A stretch of DNA of 63,344 nucleotides, filler included, from Octopus bimaculoides (Eukaryota): assembly GCF_001194135.2 (NCBI RefSeq). It is 4 parts of 4 records of this genome, joined end to end, with 100 filler letters (N's around TTAATTAATTAA, not from the genome) between each part and the next. Parts side by side here need not be neighbours in the genome. Positions count along the whole stretch, not along the records: positions 22,442 to 45,887 come from NC_069007.1; 3 more parts are not named here. One strand, given 5' to 3'. The notes below the pieces were generated by a model. The model was not told the origin of the DNA and searched no databases. It was given only the letters and a program-made list of their open reading frames with translations. The position numbers were made by a program, and so were the translations under genes. Position 1 is the stretch's first letter. The number at the start of each line of letters is the position of its first letter. Of the stretch, positions 24,850 through 38,064 are shown piece after piece.

Positions 24850-25110
24850 TACAATTCATGTTGTGCCAAAAATATATTCAAGTCACTTATGCAAAGCTTT
24901 CGCTTACGGTTGATGCTCATCAGAAACACTTGCAACCTCTAGCTATTTTCTCTCAGCAGTTGAAACTGGCCGAAACACATTGCGGTGCATGTGATCGCAG
25001 ATTATTTCAGGGAAAGTACTTCACTATATATACCGACCAAAAAACCTCTTACCATTATTTTGACAAGAAGTCAAACTGCTTATATGCTCAACAAATGTAG
25101 CGCTTACTCT
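24850..25110 (+). mobile_element. Gypsy/Ty3 RNase H fragment
   Basis: LSLTVDA...QPLAIFSQQLKLAETHCGACDR/LFQGKYFTIYTDQKT matches Gypsy RNase H (QPLAFFS..L..AE..Y...DREL...FTIYTDHKPL), with an internal deletion. Confidence 0.75.
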
Positions 25111-25551
25111 ATGAAGGAGTCCCTAATTTGCATACCGAAAGTGTTTAACACGCTATAAATACCAATATATATATCAGCTTTCCATGGGAGCCAGCTGTAA
25201 AATCCGAAAGAATTGCAGCTTTTAAGTTACTATATATATATATATNNNNNNNNNNNNNNNNNNNNNNNNNNNNNNNNNNNNNNNNNNNNNNNNNNNNNNN
25301 NNNNNNNNNNNNNNNNNNNNNNNNNNNNNNNNNNNNNNNNNNNNNNNNNNNNNNNNNNNNNNNNNNNNNNNNNNNNNNNNNNNNNNNNNNNNNNNNNNNN
25401 NNNNNNNNNNNNNNNNNNNNNNNNNNNNNNNNNNNNNNNNNNNNNNNNNNNNNNNNNNNNNNNNNNNNNNNNNNNNNNNNNNNNNNNNNNNNNNNNNNNN
25501 NNNNNNNNNNNNNNNNNNNNNNNNNNNNNNNNNNNNNNNNNNNNNNNNNNN

Positions 25552-25672
25552 CCACTCTCAAGGCTGTGGTCCGCCCGAGGGTATAGTATGAAAAGACCCT
25601 ATTTAAGTGGTACTTAGTGGAACTGAACACAAGACCAATTGTTGTGAAACAATGCTCTTAAGTACACAGCCA
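25552..25672 (-). mobile_element. Decayed SINE family A 5' part
   Basis: Reverse-complement similarity to the family A head; the gap to the left begins in (TA)n. Confidence 0.55.
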
Positions 25673-26216
25673 TGTTTGGAACGTCTTTGATAATAAATCG
25701 CTAGTTTAGTAATGAACTGGGACTAAACAGCAACAAGGGAAAGTAATTTGGTGATATAGTTTTATATCTATTGTATCTGAAAGACAACAAATGGCTTGGT
25801 CATTTTTGGAACGTTTTGATAACAAATCCGGTTGATTAGGATAAATCCGTGTCGAAAAAACAAGAAGAACTAATGTGAAACGCGTTGGCGAATGTGAACG
25901 TAGATATAATGTGTTTGTGAAATATAAAGTTGTGATGGTCACGGTTGGTACATATTTGGTCATAGGTCCAATACATTAGGATTCACCTTGGACCGGAAAT
26001 GAACAATAGCTACAGCAGCAACAAAAACGAAAACATTGTGCTACACAATTTATATTGTCTAACGCTCCACCGATTCCACAATCCAATGGCTGCCAGCAGG
26101 TTTTTTTCTCTCTTCCAAATGAACAAAGATACACAAATAATGACAGTGGAAACAAAAAGAAAACAAAAAAAAGAAAAGACTGCCACGCATTAATAACAAA
26201 GGAACCAAATGTGTTT

Positions 26217-26259
<43 letters not shown>

Positions 26260-26452
26260 TGTGTGTGTGTGCCTGTGTGTGAACGTGTGTGTGCGCGCGC
26301 GATCATATGGATATGTGTAGCTATGTGTGAGTGCGTAGGTTCTTACGTGTCTTTCTGCATGTCTGTATATACGTGAGTATAGATGTGTGTTGTGTTTTCC
26401 GTGTGTATGTGACTATATGTGACGTTATATATGTGGAAGTATATGTGTGTGC

Positions 26453-26512
<60 letters not shown>

Positions 26513-26845
26513 ATGTGTGTGTGTATGTATACATACATACATACATACATACATAGAAACGTATGTGTGTTTGTATGTGTTGTGTTTATACATATGTGTG
26601 TGTGTGTTCTCGTGACAGTGTGAGTATGTTGATGTTCGCGTCGGCATGTGCATACATATGTGGGTGCGGGAATGTTTGTGTGTGTATATATGTATGTATC
26701 TGCGTGTTTATGCATATACAGTAAGACCATATGCATGTTTGTGAACGTGTTTGCCCGCATAGTTGTAGATGTGTGTGCGTACTTGTCCGAATGTATGTAC
26801 ATGTTTAAATGTTTGTGTATGAGCGTGTACGCGTTTGTGAATATA

Positions 26846-26876
<31 letters not shown>

Positions 26877-27429
26877 NNNNNNNNNNNNNNNNNNNNNNNN
26901 NNNNNNNNNNNNNNNNNNNNNNNNNNNNNNNNNNNNNNNNNNNNNNNNNNNNNNNNNNNNNNNNNNNNNNNNNNNNNNNNNNNNNNNNNNNNNNNNNNNN
27001 NNNNNNNNNNNNNNNNNNNNNNNNNNNNNNNNNNNATATATATGCGTATATATATGTGTGCATGTTTATGTGTTAGTGTTTGTGTGTTGGAAGAACGCAG
27101 CGTTATTCAGGAAATACTATAAACATCATAAAACGTAATTAATGAACCGCGAAAAAATATAAACAATATACGAAACAATGAAAACAAAAACCCCAAACAA
27201 ACAACAATAAACACAAATAAAACAGGTAAAATCAAATAAAAACATACAATGAAAGACGGAGAGGTAAAAAGAAAAGTAAATAAAATGAAACGAATAAAAC
27301 CAAAATATTAAAACAATAACCAAGAAAGCAGAAATCGAAATGATATAACGGGAGAGAAAGACGATTGATAATGTAACAGATTAAGAGAGGAATTTTTTCT
27401 AAAATATAATAACGATGATTAAAATTAAT

Positions 27430-27732
27430 AGTAACGATAACAATAATAATAATGATGATAATAATAATAATAATAATAATAATGATGATAATAATAATGA
27501 TAAGGATAATAAATAATAATGATAATGATAATAATAATAAAAATAATAATAATAATAATGATAATAATAATAATGATAATAATGATCATCATCATGATCA
27601 TCATCACCATCATCGTCATCACCATCATGAGGTATGATCGCAAGTATTGTATTCATTATGGTGATGATCAACAGGACCACCATGGCTGCGAATTATAATG
27701 ATCAAAATGATAGTGAAATGAATAATAATAAC

Positions 27733-27786
<54 letters not shown>

Positions 27787-27802
27787 CAATATAAACAATA
27801 AT

Positions 27803-27868
<66 letters not shown>

Positions 27869-28090
27869 CATAGCAATAAATAATATTGATAATAATAATT
27901 ATGATAATGATAGTAAATAATAATAATAGTTATTATTATTATGGTAATAGTAATGGTAATAATTATGATAACGACGATGATTGCGATGATGGCGATAATG
28001 ATATTAACAACAACAACAACAACAACAACAACAGCAGCTACAGAAAACGGGAAAAATAATAGTAATAATGATAATGATAATGATGATGAT

Positions 28091-28146
<56 letters not shown>

Positions 28147-28186
28147 TAATAATAATAATAACAATAAGAACAACAACAGCAGCACC

Positions 28187-28251
<65 letters not shown>

Positions 28252-28360
28252 CAACAATAATAATAATAATAATGATAATATTAATATTTCGAAATGTAAG
28301 AAAAATAATCATAATCCTAAACAATAACAATGATAGTAATAGTAAGGATGATGATGATGT

Positions 28361-28393
<33 letters not shown>

Positions 28394-28420
28394 CAATAAC
28401 AACAACAACAACAACAATAA
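27430..28420. repeat. Extended compound (AAT)n/(AAC)n/(GAT)n tract
   Basis: About 1 kb of trinucleotide runs; source of the poly-Asn, poly-Ile and poly-Leu ORFs. Confidence 0.9.
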
Positions 28421-28989
28421 TAATATTAATGTTAATTTCTTTTATTGGGTTGTTGGTCACAGAACGTAAAAGAGAAAATTTGGAAGGCAAAAGGGGGAAA
28501 AAAAGGGGAATCGATGAGCGGAAGATTGGGGGGGGGGAGATTAGAGGGAAGTGTGAACGTCAGAGAAGAGGAGATGGATGGAGAGGATGATGGGAAGAAG
28601 GGAGAGTTAGGTAAGAGGAGAAATTTTAGCTGAGGAGCAGGAGAGAAATGTAAATTGAAACGGAAGAATATTAGAATGAGTGTAGGGAAGTTAGAACGGA
28701 GATTAAATGAAAGAGAATAGCAATATTTAATAGAAGTGATTCAAGAAGAGGATGAGAGTAGCATATGAATGAGAAAATGAAGGGAAACGAATAATAGCCA
28801 TCACATCAACAATAACGTATATATCATTCTCCTCTTTTGATTTTCAGTATTAAAGTATGTGTTTTTTTCTGATAGTTTTGAATGTTATATATGTCAGTTG
28901 ATCGTCTTAGCATAGCAGGATAGATTATTATTCCATTTATATATTATATTTTATATATCAAACGCGTGTATCCCACAATCGGGTAAATA

Positions 28990-29450
28990 TTATAACTGAC
29001 ATAATCATTCCGTTATAATTTTTGATGGGATTCGAAATTTAAATCTGAAATTAAGGGATCACGAATCGAAACGTAAGGGAAGATAATCACTCATTCGTGA
29101 TGTGTGGCGGGATTAGATATGTTAATATGAAATTAATTAATTAAAAAGGCAAAGCCAAACGGACAAAATCAGTCATTCATAATATCTGAGGAAATTAGAA
29201 ATTTATGGTTGAAATTGAAGGATTAAAATGAAAGCTAAAAAGGGAGATAATCATTTCTTCATAATATTTAGTGGGATTATAAATTCAAAACTGAAATTCA
29301 AGTTATAAATGGCAAAACGTACAGAATATAATAATTCCTTCCTTATATTGGGCGGGATTTCACATTTAAATTTCAAATTAAAGAGTTAATAGGCAAAAAT
29401 GGATTGGATTAACATATTTAATCATTTTTTTACTTATACAGAAGTACTAA
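28990..29450. repeat. Ancient degenerate tandem array, 82-bp period, about 5 units
   Basis: GGGATT anchors at 29027, 29109, about 29190 (GGAAATT), 29272 and 29354; each is preceded by ATAATCA.TC.TTC.TAAT and followed by AAATT.AA...TGAAATT.A. Confidence 0.75.
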
Positions 29451-29612
29451 AATGTCTGAAATATATTAAGAATTCTGGTCAACGTGGCTCATAATTCCAT
29501 TTAAATATAATCGCTTGAATCGTTCAGCCATGAAATAATAATCGTCGAATATTCCTAATGTAAAGAATTTAATCTTATATTAAGAAATCATATTGAACGT
29601 GAATGTATATAT

Positions 29613-29655
<43 letters not shown>

Positions 29656-30419
29656 CTCACACAAACACACACACATACACACGCACTTACACAAACACAT
29701 ACACACATTCATGTATATATACATATCTATCCATCTATGACCAATTTGTTAATAGTAAACAATTATTAACTTCCTAATCTCCATCTTCTTTTCTTCATAT
29801 ATATATGTGTATGTGTGTATGTGTATATGTATATGTGTGTGTGAGTGTATGTGTGTGTATATGTATGTATGCATACTATATTTACTCGAAATGTCTTAAA
29901 TAATGATTTCACATTTTGTTATCGAAAATTTCTTTTGTTTTCTTACTTCGTCAGCAGTAAGAAAATAATTTGAAACTGTGATATCGGGATTGAGTACTCG
30001 TTTTCTCTTCTTCATATCAGTTTCTGCATAGATATACAGATATGCACAGATGCAAGCAAACTGAATGAAGGCTGTGTATAAGGGAATTCTGTGAAATTTT
30101 CTAAGTTGGTCACCTTGAGAAAGGAAGCCTAAAGCTCTGGCTTCAGAGGGGCTCAGAAACTCTAGGAACCTCAGAGCCTCAAATACGTGAAGTATTCGAT
30201 GTGTGAAACGGATTGTTGCGCACACTTTTCCAAGTCTTGCTGTGTCATGCAAGATGAACTGTATGTAACAGCTTTCCTCTTAGACCGGGTGATTCCACGT
30301 GTATAATGTGTTAAGGGGCTTGCAAGTCAATTTCGGGTCAAAAGGGACAGATGGTGGTTCACAGACATCATGGACGATATTGATCATGCGTCACCTTACA
30401 CAGATATATTTATTTATGC

Positions 30420-30705
30420 GCCCTTTTAAAGCCTAACCAGGCCCATGGGCCAGGTTTCCCGGTTTCTAAGGCGTATATGTTCCCCCACACACCAGCTGGA
30501 CGGGACGCCTGTCCATCGCAGTTTTACTCAAGAAATAGGAAGAAAGAGTGAGAGAAAGTTGGGGTGAAAGAGGAAAACAGGGGTCGCCACCACCACCCTG
30601 CCGGAGCCTCGTGGAGCTTTTAGGTGTTTTCGCTCAGTAAACACACACAACGACCGGTCTGGGAATCGAAACCGCGAACCTCCGACCGCGAGTACGCTGC
30701 TCTGA
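30420..30705 (-). mobile_element. SINE with a family D head and a different (family C-like) tail
   Basis: Shares GGGAATCGAAACCGCG, AGGTGTTTTCGCTCA and AGGAAGAAAGAGTGAGAGAAAGTTG with the adjacent copy, then diverges. Confidence 0.75.
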
Positions 30706-30715
30706 CCACCACTAC

Positions 30716-31112
30716 ACAGATATTTTGTTTTGTTGTTGGCACTCCGTCGCTTACGACGACGAGGGTTCCATTTGATCCGATCAACGGAACAGCCTGCTCG
30801 TGAAATTAACGTACAAGTGGCTGAGCACTCCACAGACACGTGTACCCTTAACGTAGTTCTCGGGGATATTCAGCGTGACACAGTGTGTGACAAAGCTGAC
30901 CCTTTGAATTACGGGCACAACAGAAACAGGAAGAAAGAGTGAGAGAAAGTTGTGGTGAAAGAGTACAGCAGGGTTCGCCACCATCCCCTGGCGAAGCTCC
31001 GTGGTGCTTTAGGTGTTTTCGCTCAATAAACACTCACAACGCCCGGTCTGGGAATCGAAACCGCGATCCTATGACCACGAGTCCACTTCCCTAACCACTG
31101 GGCCATTGGCCT
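30716..31112 (-). mobile_element. Full-length tRNA-derived SINE, family D
   Basis: Reverse complement of the copy at 51622-51995 over its whole length (tRNA-like head; GTTAATTTCACGAGCAGGCTGTTCCGTTGA core). Confidence 0.9.
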
Positions 31113-31916
31113 CCACTACACAGATATATACAATGACAAACAAGTGGTGATACTTAATCGCCTTCACTAGCTTATAACTAATTCTGTTATGAGCATCTCT
31201 GCATACAGAGTTGACTACCAGTTCTAAATCGTATAGTTTCCTCAGAACCAACTTAATTTCTCTTGAATTCTCAATCGCTCTCTCTTCAGTAGATCTTCCC
31301 TCTCTCATTTCATACCTTCTCTATCACTCCCGCCTCTCTCACGTGACTTCATCTGAAGATTTACGCATGAAGATCAGGATTTCGTATATCATTCCTTACA
31401 TAAGATAACGACATGAATGAGGAGAAATGAGAATTAGTGTGAAGAGAAAAACACGAAGCGAACAATAAACATTAACAACAGCAATGAATGATCTGAAACC
31501 ACATGGGGGAAACCGACAGCGGCAACAACAACAACAACAATTACTAAAACAGACTTAAGGATATAAATTACATCCGAAGGAGGGAAAATCTAATGAGCAT
31601 TACAGCAGTAACATCAATAATACGATTATTAAAGAAACATGGCAAGAACTAACCCCTCTTCTCAAGCAAATAAAAAAAATATTACCTAAAATGAAAAAAA
31701 TGAAATCTTCGAAAATTACAGAAAAAAAAATCAATTAAGAATGAAAGAAAAACAATAGCGATAATTATAAGATTACAAAAAAAAAAAAGGAATAACAATG
31801 AAGATTATAAAACAAAAAAAAAACAGTTTGGGAATCGCTCTAAACATTGCAAACAACAGCAAGAACGACATCACGAACAGTAGGAAACGCAATAAACAAC
31901 AGCCACGGCAATAATT

Positions 31917-31951
<35 letters not shown>

Positions 31952-33009
31952 NNNNNNNNNNNNNNNNNNNNNNNNNNNNNNNNNNNNNNNNNNNNNNNNN
32001 NNNNNNNNNNNNNNNNNNNNNNNNNNNNNNNNNNNNNNNNNNNNNNNNNNNNNNNNNNNNNNNNNNNNNNNNNNNNNNNNNNNNNNNNNNNNNNNNNNNN
32101 NNNNNNNNNNNNNNNNNNNNNNNNNNNNNNNNNNNNNNNNNNNNNNNNNNNNNNNNNNNNNNNNNNNNNNNNNNNNNNNNNNNNNNNNNNNNNNNNNNNN
32201 NNNNNNNNNNNNNNNNNNNNNNNNNNNNNNNNNNNNNNNNNNNNNNNNNNNNNNNNNNNNNNNNNNNNNNNNNNNNNNNNNNNNNNNNNNNNNNNNNNNN
32301 NNNNNNNNNNNNNNNNNNNNNNNNNNNNNNNNNNNNNNNNNNNNNNNNNNNNNNNNNNNNNNNNNNNNNNNNNNNNNNNNNNNNNNNNNNNNNNNNNNNN
32401 NNNNNNNNNNNNNNNNNNNNNNNNNNNNNNNNNNNNNNNNNNNNNNNNNNNNNNNNNNNNNNNNNNNNNNNNNNNNNNNNNNNNNNNNNNNNNNNNNNNN
32501 NNNNNNNNNNNNNNNNNNNNNNNNNNNNNNNNNNNNNNNNNNNNNNNNNNNNNNNNNNNNNNNNNNNNNNNNNNNNNNNNNNNNNNNNNNNNNNNNNNNN
32601 NNNNNNNNNNNNNNNNNNNNNNNNNNNNNNNNNNNNNNNNNNNNCAATAACGTTGCTATCGTTGCCACCATTGCAATTTTCATCGAGTTTGTCTATCGAT
32701 CTATATGTTGTGCTTTTCCTTTTAATAGTTGTCGTTGTTGTTGCTATATCAACTTCGTGGTCACGATGACCACTAGGATGGTCAAGTAAAGGGAAAATAA
32801 TTATATTTATCATTGCAATTATATTGATAACACTTAATGATAGAACTGACATTCTGTTGCACCCACCCCCTTTTTTTTTCCTTTTCTGTTTACATTATGA
32901 GTTAAAACTTAGCTGGCTTTCTAGATACATTGGTGAGCTATTTTTCTGCAGAAGATTGGTTTGGAGCCCAAACAAGAGAAGAAATCTATCAAGAAAATAG
33001 GCGCGGTCC

Positions 33010-33280
33010 TTCATCGGTTTCGATGACCGAGTGTTCAAGCTGTTTTCATTAACGGAAGATCCTGCTCGTGAAATTAACACGCTAGTTACTGAGCACTCCA
33101 CAGAAATGCAAACCCTTAACGTAATTTTCAGGGAGATTCACCGATGAACAGAATGTAACAAAGTTAGCGTTTTCATATACAGGAAGAACTCAATGTTTGC
33201 CAGCAAGGACACAAAACGCTGCTGAGAATCGAACTCATGATCATACGATGGTGAGCCGTATACTCTAAGCACTAAGACAG
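33010..33280 (-). mobile_element. Diverged SINE related to family D
   Basis: CCTGCTCGTGAAATTAAC...TGAGCACTCCACAGA...ACCCTTAACGTA shared with 30790-30860; GAGAATCGAACTC B-box remnant. Confidence 0.65.
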
Positions 33281-34354
33281 GCACCTTTACAGGAAATTGG
33301 TCTGACAGTTAAAAGAAGCAGAATGTTGTTATGGTTGATAAGAGGCTGCTAGTGCAACCCTTCTGCAAGCAAAAACCTGTTCAGTCCCTGCTGCCTCACT
33401 CGAGGGAAGCGTGCATTCAACGGAGCAAAATCTCTTTGAGCCTGAGATACTTCTTGGTGATACGGAAAGTTTTCTTATATCGTGATTTATTCATGTGTAG
33501 AGGTTGTAGATCCCGCATTTTCCTTCTTTTACGTTCATTTCACTTAAGGATTGTAAGCTCAACAGTTCAGTTTACTCCCAGTTGTCCAAGTGGAGACAAG
33601 TCGTCGTTGACAGCTGCATTCGTCACAGATGACATAAAGAGGTTGTAAGCAACTGGCAGATGCATTTTGCTCTGTGGCGAATTTATCAAGACAAGAGCGA
33701 AAAAGTACTCTCTGGCAACAACTGCTGAAGTATGTGAGACCTACAAGTTATATAATAGCATGCCTGTCGGGGATGAACAGAAAACAAAAGTTTGAAAGTA
33801 ATATTAGCCATTTTTCATCACGTTGGTGATGTTCAAGTATCCTTGAAGCATATGAGCCTTAATGAATACTATTTCCTTTGGCTGATTACACTGCATAATA
33901 CGATATTTGTCCTTGCAACTGTTATTCCCTATTTGCTGTACAGCTCTGGTTGATGTCATGTGGAATGACCCTATTGTATTGGTGAGACCAACACCATGTG
34001 AGTGAAGTTAGTAGAGGGTAACATTGTAGAACCCTTTATGTATGAGTGTAACGCAAGACCGTTTACCAATTAATTCATGCGTTAATGGATATCATTCTAC
34101 CCAATATTCCTGAAAACAAAGTCTTTTATAACAACGATCAGAGTAGACATAATTCACAACGCAACTCCGTACGCTATGCATTCTTCAAAACCTAAAGTTT
34201 AACTGGTCAAGTGTACTCATATATTTTAAGATATAATTAAATTCTAATTAATTCTAATATATTCTCTCTCCATTTCCTTATTCATTTCTTTTATTCTTCC
34301 AATTTTTTTGGATTAATAACAATTTTTCTACGTATATATACATACATACATACA

Positions 34355-34459
34355 TGCGTAGGAGTGGCTGTATGGTAAGTAGCTTGCTTACCAACCAGAT
34401 GGTTCCGGGTTCATTCCGACTGCGTTGCACCTTGGGCAAGTGTCTTCTACTATAGCCTC
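34355..34459 (+). mobile_element. SINE family A 5' fragment
   Basis: GCGTAGGAGTGGCTGTATGGTAAGTAGCTTGCTTACCAACC...CACCTTGGGCAAGTGTCTTCTACTATAGCCTC. Confidence 0.85.
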
Positions 34460-34812
34460 TAATGCGAAAAAGCACGCTCGCTGAAACAGACGGATTGTCC
34501 AGCCATCATAATGAGATCAGCGGCGCCTGAACACCTACGCCAGTTCGACTCGTCGAATTATCGCATGGGATTAGTGACACTTTTCTGCTTCCATAAGCCC
34601 ATTAGAAATGTAGCTCATAATGAGTCACCTATAGATTTTAAATGAAGTAATTAGTGATTATCTTACTAATTTTCTTGCTGTAACTAATCTTATAAAATGA
34701 CTGCATTATTAATTCTTATCTCCTTCGAAATATATTTAAGTGTGAACCCTATCTTATCAACAACCTAGCTGCCGGGTGGTGACGGTTCAAGGATCGATAG
34801 CCGCTAGTGAGA

Positions 34813-34918
34813 ATGATGAGTCAGCCCGATCTAGCCAACATTCCTGTTCCCAAATTGGCTGCTGCTGCTGCCACTACTGCTGCTGTTGTTACTGCTACTT
34901 CTATGTTTGCTACTGTTG

Positions 34919-34959
<41 letters not shown>

Positions 34960-35030
34960 GCTACTGCTGCTGCTGTTGCCATTGCAGCTATTTCTAATAC
35001 AACTACTGCTGCTGCTGCTACTTTTGCAGG
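34813..35030 (+). CDS. Possible first coding exon (Ala/Thr-rich) of an unidentified gene
   Basis: ATG-initiated MMSQPDLANIPVPKLAAAAATT...TFA(G) ends at a CAG|GTATGC donor in phase 1; much of it is ACT/GCT repeat, so it may be non-coding. Confidence 0.3.
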
Positions 35031-35084
35031 TATGCACTTTACATATTCCAAGGGAAATTATTAAAATATTTCCTCCGTAGGATC

Positions 35085-35600
35085 AGCAAGGAATCGCTCC
35101 TTGGCAGCTCTCAAGTGTTCCCTGGCTGCTCAGACATTTGGGCCTGCTGAACAGACGACCCTCTTCTCTTTCTTTTTCCTTCGCACCAGGTCCTCACTTG
35201 CTTCTGCCACTGCTTTGATGAAGAACCCGTACTTCCTCGTCACCCTCTCTTCAGGCCTTCGAATCTCTATCTCGTCTGCCTCTCCACATAGAGCACTGAA
35301 CCTGTTCTGCATATCTATTATATACCTCTCCTGTAGCTTATCATGTTCTTTGAAAGCTCCCCAGTCATAGATTGCTATCCGGGGCTGAGCCTTACTCTTT
35401 CTTAAGCTCACTCGGATCTTACTCATAACAAGCCGGTGATTACTGTCCAGTGAACTGTAATAGGTGCATGATTCTGCGTTCAGAACGCCTATTCCGCCAC
35501 TTCTACCTCACCAGAATGAAATCCATGCAGGAGTGAAACAGGTGCGTATCACAAACGTAGGTCCACATTTTCACTGGATTCATCCTGAATTTGGGAACAC
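35085..35600 (-). mobile_element. RTE-clade LINE fragment (APE endonuclease C-terminus plus linker)
   Basis: KMWTY...MDFILVR*KWRN/LNAESCTYYSSLDSNHRLVMSKIRVSLRK...DW...D.LQERY.I.MQNRFSAL: the IDYIL and SDHRLV motifs of the APE domain. Confidence 0.8.
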
Positions 35601-35641
35601 ATTTTGTCATCCATGATAGTTGTTGCGATCCATATATACAT

Positions 35642-35672
<31 letters not shown>

Positions 35673-36810
35673 NNNNNNNNNNNNNNNNNNNNNNNNNNNN
35701 NNNNNNNNNNNNNNNNNNNNNNNNNNNNNNNNNNNNNNNNNNNNNNNNNNNNNNNNNNNNNNNNNNNNNNNNNNNNNNNNNNNNNNNNNNNNNNNNNNNN
35801 NNNNNNNNNNNNNNNNNNNNNNNNNNNNNNNNNNNNNNNNNNNNNNNNNNNNNNNNNNNNNNNNNNNNNNNNNNNNNNNNNNNNNNNNNNNNNNNNNNNN
35901 NNNNNNNNNNNNNNNNNNNNNNNNNNNNNNNNNNNNNNNNNNNNNNNNNNNNNNNNNNNNNNNNNNNNNNNNNNNNNNNNNNNNNNNNNNNNNNNNNNNN
36001 NNNNNNNNNNNNNNNNNNNNNNNNNNNNNNNNNNNNNNNNNNNNNNNNNNNNNNNNNNNNNNNNNNNNNNNNNNNNNNNNNNNNNNNNNNNNNNNNNNNN
36101 NNNNNNNNNNNNNNNNNNNNNNNNNNNNNNNNNNNNNNNNNNNNNNNNNNNNNNNNNNNNNNNNNNNNNNNNNNNNNNNNNNNNNNNNNNNNNNNNNNNN
36201 NNNNNNNNNNNNNNNNNNNNNNNNNNNNNNNNNNNNNNNNNNNNNNNNNNNNNNNNNNNNNNNNNNNNNNNNNNNNNNNNNNNNNNNNNNNNNNNNNNNN
36301 NNNNNNNNNNNNNNNNNNNNNNNNNNNNNNNNNNNNNNNNNNNNNNNNNNNNNNNNNNNNNNNNNNNNNNNNNNNNNNNNNNNNNNNNNNNNNNNNNNNN
36401 NNNNNNNNNNNNNNNNNNNNNNNNNNNNNNNNNNNNNNNNNNNNNNNNNNNNNNNNNNNNNNNNNNNNNNNNNNNNNNNNNNNNNNNNNNNNNNNNNNNN
36501 NNNNNNNNNNNNNNNNNNNNNNNNNNNNNNNNNNNNNNNNNNNNNNNNNNNNNNNNNNNNNNNNNNNNNNNNNNNNNNNNNNNNNNNNNNNNNNNNNNNN
36601 NNNNNNNNNNNNNNNNNNNNNNNNNNNNNNNNNNNNNNNNNNNNNNNNNNGCATACGTATGCACATTTATATACCTCCCTATGTGCGTTTGCGTGTGCAG
36701 ACAATTATATATGTAAATATTTAAATATTTAAATATACCTACATCTCAAGCCCAGACACTTAAAATTCCACACACTCATTCCTCACACAAATAAACACAC
36801 ACGTAAGCGC

Positions 36811-36851
<41 letters not shown>

Positions 36852-37192
36852 CAGACACATACATGCACTCACAATCACCCTTATCTATGCACATAAAGCC
36901 ATACACACATATGCGTCCATCTGTGATATCACACCATGAATAAATAAATAACATCCTAGAGGAATATGATTTTACATTTACAAATTCAAGAGAAAAGATT
37001 TTTATTTTCGTGTATCATATTTCTGTAAATCTTGCTGGTAATATGAAGATAAATTAATGAGGTAAATGTTTACCATAATTTTTTTATGTAAAAATTTCTA
37101 TTTTACTCACGCACATATATACAGCACATATACATTAATACACACACACACCCATATACATATACATACATATCTACGTACATAAATACATT

Positions 37193-37225
<33 letters not shown>

Positions 37226-37238
37226 ATATATATATGTA

Positions 37239-37296
<58 letters not shown>

Positions 37297-37760
37297 CACA
37301 AATATGTGCGTATGTATGTGCATATATAAACTGGCAATATGGCACCTTTCAGGAAAATGTGATTTATACGTACATATGTATTATATATTCCAGAATGTCT
37401 TTATACATACGCACCAGCATACATACATTAATAAATAAGTACACTCACGCACACACAAATATATGTATGTATATATTTATATATATACATATTTATTTAT
37501 ATATATATATATATACATNNNNNNNNNNNNNNNNNNNNNNNNNNNNNNNNNNNNNNNNNNNNNNNNNNNNNNNNNNNNNNNNNNNNNNNNNNNNNNNNNN
37601 NNNNNNNNNNNNNNNNNNNNNNNNNNNNNNNNNNNNNNNNNNNNNNNNNNNTATGTTCAATACATGCACAAATTTCTACCCATCTTAACTGATGACTCTA
37701 ACGGAATTGTAATAATTCATCGTCAAGCTTTTAATATAAAGAATAACGTACCTCTTTATC

Positions 37761-37811
<51 letters not shown>

Positions 37812-38013
37812 TATTATTATTATTACTATTATTATTGTTGTTGTTGTTGTTGTTGTTGTTATTGCCCTTGCTTTTGTTGAAGTTATTTATCACCCATATT
37901 TATGGTTATTGATAGAAATTATTAACACTATTATTAATATTCTCAACATTATTTATCTTATGCTATTAAGATCAGCATCATCGTCTAACTTATTTTCTTG
38001 TTTTTATTGTTGC

Positions 38014-38064
<51 letters not shown>

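Noticed and set aside
22704-28469. Poly-His, -Met, -Asp, -Asn and -Ile ORFs
   Set aside because: They are translations of (GAT)n and (AAT)n microsatellites with no splice or coding context.
28848-28854. Possible 7-nt microexon (ttttcag|TATTAAA|gtatgt)
   Set aside because: The length is not a multiple of 3, and such matches are expected by chance in AT-rich DNA.
33300-34130. Unique-looking segment with FIPDRHA on the minus strand, reminiscent of the MULE transposase ISDRH motif
   Set aside because: A single weak motif with multiple stops, and no TIR or TSD found; an HMM search would be needed.
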